A DNA stretch of 64,000 nucleotides from a virus. Taxonomy: Duplodnaviria > Caudoviricetes. This document shows, piece by piece, positions 60,180 to 64,000 of this stretch. The notes beneath the pieces are model-generated. The model saw nothing but the letters and a program-made list of their open reading frames with translations, made no database searches and was not told the origin of the DNA. The position numbers and the translations under genes were made by a program. The stretch lies in the IMG/VR virus record IMGVR_UViG_3300034161_000018, positions 32,001 to 96,000 of that record. One strand, written 5' to 3'. Each line of letters starts with the position of its first letter. Position 1 is the first letter of the stretch.

Positions 60180-62464
60180 AGAACCGTAATCTCTTTTGTC
60201 GAAGAAACCGTCTGACCTTGTGCAGAGTACACGGCAGTCAGCGTTGTTTTGCCCGCTGAATAAGGTCGGAAAGTTCCCGCCGAATCAACGGTGCCTACGC
60301 CACGATCAGACGATTGCCAAATACCAGCAACAAGCCGTGTTGCCCCATCCGAAAACTTAACCGACAATTGGAATTGCGCGGTGTTGGTTGTCGCAACAGA
60401 AGCGGGGCCAACAATTTCAGCGCTCAAAGGTCGGGAAATCAAATCATTGATCGTCACAACCGCTTGCGCTTTGATCGTCACACCGGAAGCGCTGTACGTG
60501 CCTTCGATTGTAACGACTGCCGCTTCCAAAATTGGTTTCGCAGTCAGCAGACCGTCTGCGGAAATGGAAGCAATGTTTGTGTTTGAAAGTGCCCACGACG
60601 GTTTGATTCGGGCAGTGCTGCCGTCCGCGTAAGTCACGGTGTAAATCAGTGTCGCCGTTTCACCAACGCGCATGGAACTCGGCGCAGCAATGGTGGCACT
60701 TTCCGGAACGTTGGCCGTGGTTTTCACTGTGATTGTTTTCTCAGCGGAAACCGTTCTGCCATTGTTGGAAAACACGGTGGAGATTTTTACAAACTTGTCG
60801 GAATCAACATCGCCGATTGCGGTAAACACGCCGGACGACGGATCAATTAGGCCATACGCTTTCGTGTCTTGATCCCAAGTCAGAATGCGCGGGCCGACAG
60901 TTCCATCGGTGAAATAAACCAACGCGGTAAACGTTGCGGCGCGACCTTCGACAATTGCATCTGGCCCGATAATGTCGATGCGTGCCGGATAAATCGTGGT
61001 GTCGATTACCGAAATATCTTTCTCCGCTGCAATCGTTGTGCCTTCCAACGAATACGATGCGGTGATTGTCGATTGTTTATTTTCGGACAAGTCAGGAACA
61101 ACGAACGTTCCGGTAATCGCGCCGATGCGACCGGCTGCCGGGTTCGAGTGTGCCCAATCATTTACGGCCACGGTTTGCTTTCGCCCATTGATAAAAGTTA
61201 CTTCAAGCGAATAGACGCCGCTGGTGTTTTCGTCCAGCGTATCCGGGCCGAGAATGCGCGCCGACTGCGGATAAATCGTGGTGTCCAAAACTTCAATGTC
61301 GATTTGTGCCTGCTTTGTGATTCCCTTGTAGGTGTACATTGCAGTGATGCGCGTGTCTTGCGTGCCGATTACTTTCTTCGCGGTGAAAATACCGTTTGCC
61401 GTAATCGTGCCTGCGTCCGCATTACCGACGCGCCAGTAATCCGGAACAACTGGAGAGCGCGAGCCGTTTGTGAAAACAGCAATCGCAGTAAACGTGGCGG
61501 TGCCGCCTTTATTGACAGTGGCCGGGCCGGTAACTTCCAGATTGGAAAGAACCAAAGTGGAGTCAACGTCGCGTACCAGAAGATCGACCGAATTCGCGAA
61601 CGACGATTCGGTTTCAACGTGAACGTATCGCGCTTTGATTTTTACGGAAACGTCTTGTTGAACGTTGTAAGCCTGAAAGCTGCCATCTTCGGAAAGCGTA
61701 CCCACCGAAGTGTCGCTCAATTCCCAAATGGGGACAATTCGTTTTACGGAATCATCTTCAAAAATCAGGTCTGCGGTGAATTGCACTTGTGTCAATTCGT
61801 TCACCGGCCCCGAAGGCCCGTTGATGCGCAGTTCGACAGGCCAAGGCCCATCATAAAGAATGTCATTGTCAGCCAATTGCATCCACTCCCCTATGACGCC
61901 ATCGTCAGTTTTTGTAATTACCAAAACGTCCCCAGCTTTCGGCGGCTTGCTTTGGCCCATATCAATTCGCAAATCCCCAACTTGCATATAGCGATTTGGT
62001 TCTTGCTCATGTTCATGGTCGAGGGGCGTGCGGGCGTCTGATAACTCTCTTGCGTTTGTGGTTACTGCACGATACTTTGTCGTCTTGCGAAAAATACCGG
62101 GTTTATCGGTCGAGGCTGGCCCAACTGCAAATCGCTCTATCTCACCAAACTCAGGCAAATCCGGATGCCAATATTGGAGTTCCGAAAAAACCTCAGAGTA
62201 GTCTTCAAGTTCGATCCATTCATTTTTAAACGGAGGTAACGGATTTTCCGAAACGCGACGGAGCACCGAACCGTAATAGCGTTCGTTTGTACAAACCCAA
62301 ATCACATTGAATGGAACGTTGAACCCCGGTTCTGTGTAGGACACAAGAACGGAAAAACTCCGCCCACCCGCGAGGATGGACAGAGTTACAGGGTTTACTT
62401 GAGACAAGTTGCGGTACAGTTGAGCAATGGAGATTTGCTGTTCCGCCCATTGACTCAAGTTCAC
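60176..62464 (-). CDS. Ig-like repeat tail fibre/appendage protein
   Basis: About six ~95-aa repeats (I.GP..V..G.TA.F.A...F.DG......W..S....G.I...G.F); fibre-like N-terminus with DAR.PLDHEH. Confidence 0.8.
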   Translation of the reverse strand: MNLSQWAEQQISIAQLYRNLSQVNPVTLSILAGGRSFSVLVSYTEPGFNVPFNVIWVCTNERYYGSVLRRVSENPLPPFKNEWIELEDYSEVFSELQYWHPDLPEFGEIERFAVGPASTDKPGIFRKTTKYRAVTTNARELSDARTPLDHEHEQEPNRYMQVGDLRIDMGQSKPPKAGDVLVITKTDDGVIGEWMQLADNDILYDGPWPVELRINGPSGPVNELTQVQFTADLIFEDDSVKRIVPIWELSDTSVGTLSEDGSFQAYNVQQDVSVKIKARYVHVETESSFANSVDLLVRDVDSTLVLSNLEVTGPATVNKGGTATFTAIAVFTNGSRSPVVPDYWRVGNADAGTITANGIFTAKKVIGTQDTRITAMYTYKGITKQAQIDIEVLDTTIYPQSARILGPDTLDENTSGVYSLEVTFINGRKQTVAVNDWAHSNPAAGRIGAITGTFVVPDLSENKQSTITASYSLEGTTIAAEKDISVIDTTIYPARIDIIGPDAIVEGRAATFTALVYFTDGTVGPRILTWDQDTKAYGLIDPSSGVFTAIGDVDSDKFVKISTVFSNNGRTVSAEKTITVKTTANVPESATIAAPSSMRVGETATLIYTVTYADGSTARIKPSWALSNTNIASISADGLLTAKPILEAAVVTIEGTYSASGVTIKAQAVVTINDLISRPLSAEIVGPASVATTNTAQFQLSVKFSDGATRLVAGIWQSSDRGVGTVDSAGTFRPYSAGKTTLTAVYSAQGQTVSSTKEITVL

Positions 62465-62474
62465 GATTTTTTCC

Positions 62475-64000
62475 TTATGCGTTAACGGTTACAGCAAACT
62501 TCGTAACCATTGGGCCAGCGAAGTCGATCCGCTGCACTTTCCACGAACCTGTAACGCCGCCAACAGTTACGTTAACAGTTGCAGTATCCGGAGTCGGTGG
62601 AGAAGGTTCGCCAACTACGTCATCCGGCCAGTTCACACCGGTCAGAGTTGCAGGGAAGTTGGAAACCAAATCCTGATACGACAGGCTGGAAATGTTCGCC
62701 GGGTAAGCAACGTACAGATATTCGTCGAGGCCGACCGAAGTATCAATAGTGCCGCCAGTTGCCGGAATCGTGCCGGTCATGATCGCATCGAAGAAAGCCT
62801 GCGGGCCAGACCAGTGATCGTATTGCAGACCGCCCGGAGTATTTGCATTCGTTACGCCGTACTCGATTTGTTGCTGAGTCAGCGGTTCGATGATGCCACC
62901 GGTGAAGTTTGCGTTTGCGAATTTCGCAACACCGAAACGAATTGCTTGCGCAGCCGCTACAGTGATTTGAACGTTCAGAGTCGGATTCAAATTCACACCT
63001 TGTTCCGAATAAGTTGCGCTCAGTTGAACAGTCGCCGCCGACGAAATCGGTTTTGCAGTCATCAGACCGGTATTGTCGATTGTCGCGTTGGTGGTATTCG
63101 CGGACAGCCACTGAGTCGGAGTTTTCGCGACTTCGGTGTTGTCTTTGTATTTCACCATCAGCGTGTACTGACCAGTTTGACCAGCTTGAACAGAAAGCGG
63201 GCCGGTGATTTTTGCGCTCACTGGATAGTTGATGTTGTCTTTCACAGTGATTGGTTTTTGCGCATTCAACGTCACACCTTTTTCGGTGTAAGTTGCTTTC
63301 AGCACAACTGCTTTATCGCCCGGAATGACCAGAGCTTTTGCAGTCAGGCGACCAGATACCGAAACAGTTGCGTAAGTCGAATCTTCCATCGACCACGATT
63401 GCGCGGATTTGGTTGCGGTAGTGCCGTCGGTGTAGTGAACCGAAAGAGTGTAATCAGAAGTGGTGCCCTGATTCACATTGCTTGCGCCGGAAATGGTGAT
63501 GCTATCCGGGTAAACATCGGTGTCACGAACCAGAACGTCGAGAGTCGAAGTTTTGGTAACGCCGCCAGAAGTGAAGCTTGCGGAAAGCGTTGTGGTTTTG
63601 TTGCCCGCGAGTGTAGATTGCGGAGTCAACACGCCAGCAACGAAATTGCCCGCTTGTGGATTCGACGAAGTGAAAGTTTGCGGGTTCACCAAATTGGTGT
63701 CGCCGTTGCTGTATTCCGCCACAACCAAATAGGTCTGTGCGGAAGCGCCTTTCAGCAATTCGCCCGGCCCTTGGATTTGCAAACCGGTCAAACGAACAAC
63801 ACCGCTCGCATCGCGAATGGTAATGTCGATGAAGTTGGAAATCGACACGCCGCTTTCTGGATGAATCCAAGTAGCTTTGACGCGAACGATTTGCTGTGCG
63901 AAAACTTCCAGCGCTTGGAACACGCCAGTGTTTTTGCCAACTTTGCCCCACTGGCCGTTGTCGATAACTTCCCATTCCGCTTGTACGGAAACGAAAGTGG
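62475..64000 (-). CDS. Ig-like repeat fibre/appendage protein (5' end outside the window)
   Basis: Frame stays open from 63923 to the window edge (TFVSVQAEWEVIDNGQWG...); same repeat pattern; distinct C-terminal tip domain. Confidence 0.85.
   Translation of the reverse strand, partial: TFVSVQAEWEVIDNGQWGKVGKNTGVFQALEVFAQQIVRVKATWIHPESGVSISNFIDITIRDASGVVRLTGLQIQGPGELLKGASAQTYLVVAEYSNGDTNLVNPQTFTSSNPQAGNFVAGVLTPQSTLAGNKTTTLSASFTSGGVTKTSTLDVLVRDTDVYPDSITISGASNVNQGTTSDYTLSVHYTDGTTATKSAQSWSMEDSTYATVSVSGRLTAKALVIPGDKAVVLKATYTEKGVTLNAQKPITVKDNINYPVSAKITGPLSVQAGQTGQYTLMVKYKDNTEVAKTPTQWLSANTTNATIDNTGLMTAKPISSAATVQLSATYSEQGVNLNPTLNVQITVAAAQAIRFGVAKFANANFTGGIIEPLTQQQIEYGVTNANTPGGLQYDHWSGPQAFFDAIMTGTIPATGGTIDTSVGLDEYLYVAYPANISSLSYQDLVSNFPATLTGVNWPDDVVGEPSPPTPDTATVNVTVGGVTGSWKVQRIDFAGPMVTKFAVTVNA

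Noticed and set aside
1-64000. tRNA, rRNA, integrase, transposase, intron or homing endonuclease
   Set aside because: No cloverleaf/T-loop motifs or such protein motifs seen by eye; intergenic gaps are mostly too short. A tRNAscan/Infernal run would be decisive.

Overview
This window is a 64 kb segment of a large lytic dsDNA phage genome: a jumbo-type myovirus with a T4-like contractile tail, about 50% GC by eye. Every credible gene (~100) lies on the minus strand, so transcription runs right to left. From right to left: two Ig-like repeat fibre/appendage genes (the first cut by the window edge), an acidic protein, an NAD-dependent DNA ligase, a GT2/TPR glycosyltransferase, the head module (Zn-ribbon prohead protease, Cys-rich scaffold-like protein, major capsid protein), and the neck, sheath, tube and baseplate genes, including a large tail muramidase. 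Next comes a nucleotide/NAD-metabolism cluster (dCMP deaminase, dimeric dUTPase, NADAR, HD hydrolase, SLOG protein), a muramidase endolysin, and ~23 kb of mostly unknown early-type genes (KTSC-domain protein, 2OG-Fe(II)-oxygenase-like protein, small membrane proteins). The most striking non-coding signal is a three-copy ~116 bp intergenic cassette at 11422, 17642 and 22944. Each copy has an extended -10 sigma70-type promoter between two inverted 21-bp sites (RAAC-N-T-NNN-YTAR-NN-CGTAAG) held 94-96 bp apart, about 9 helical turns. I found no tRNA, rRNA, CRISPR array, integrase or transposase. All product calls come from motif recognition by eye, with no database search; start codons were adjusted where an RBS supported a shorter ORF.
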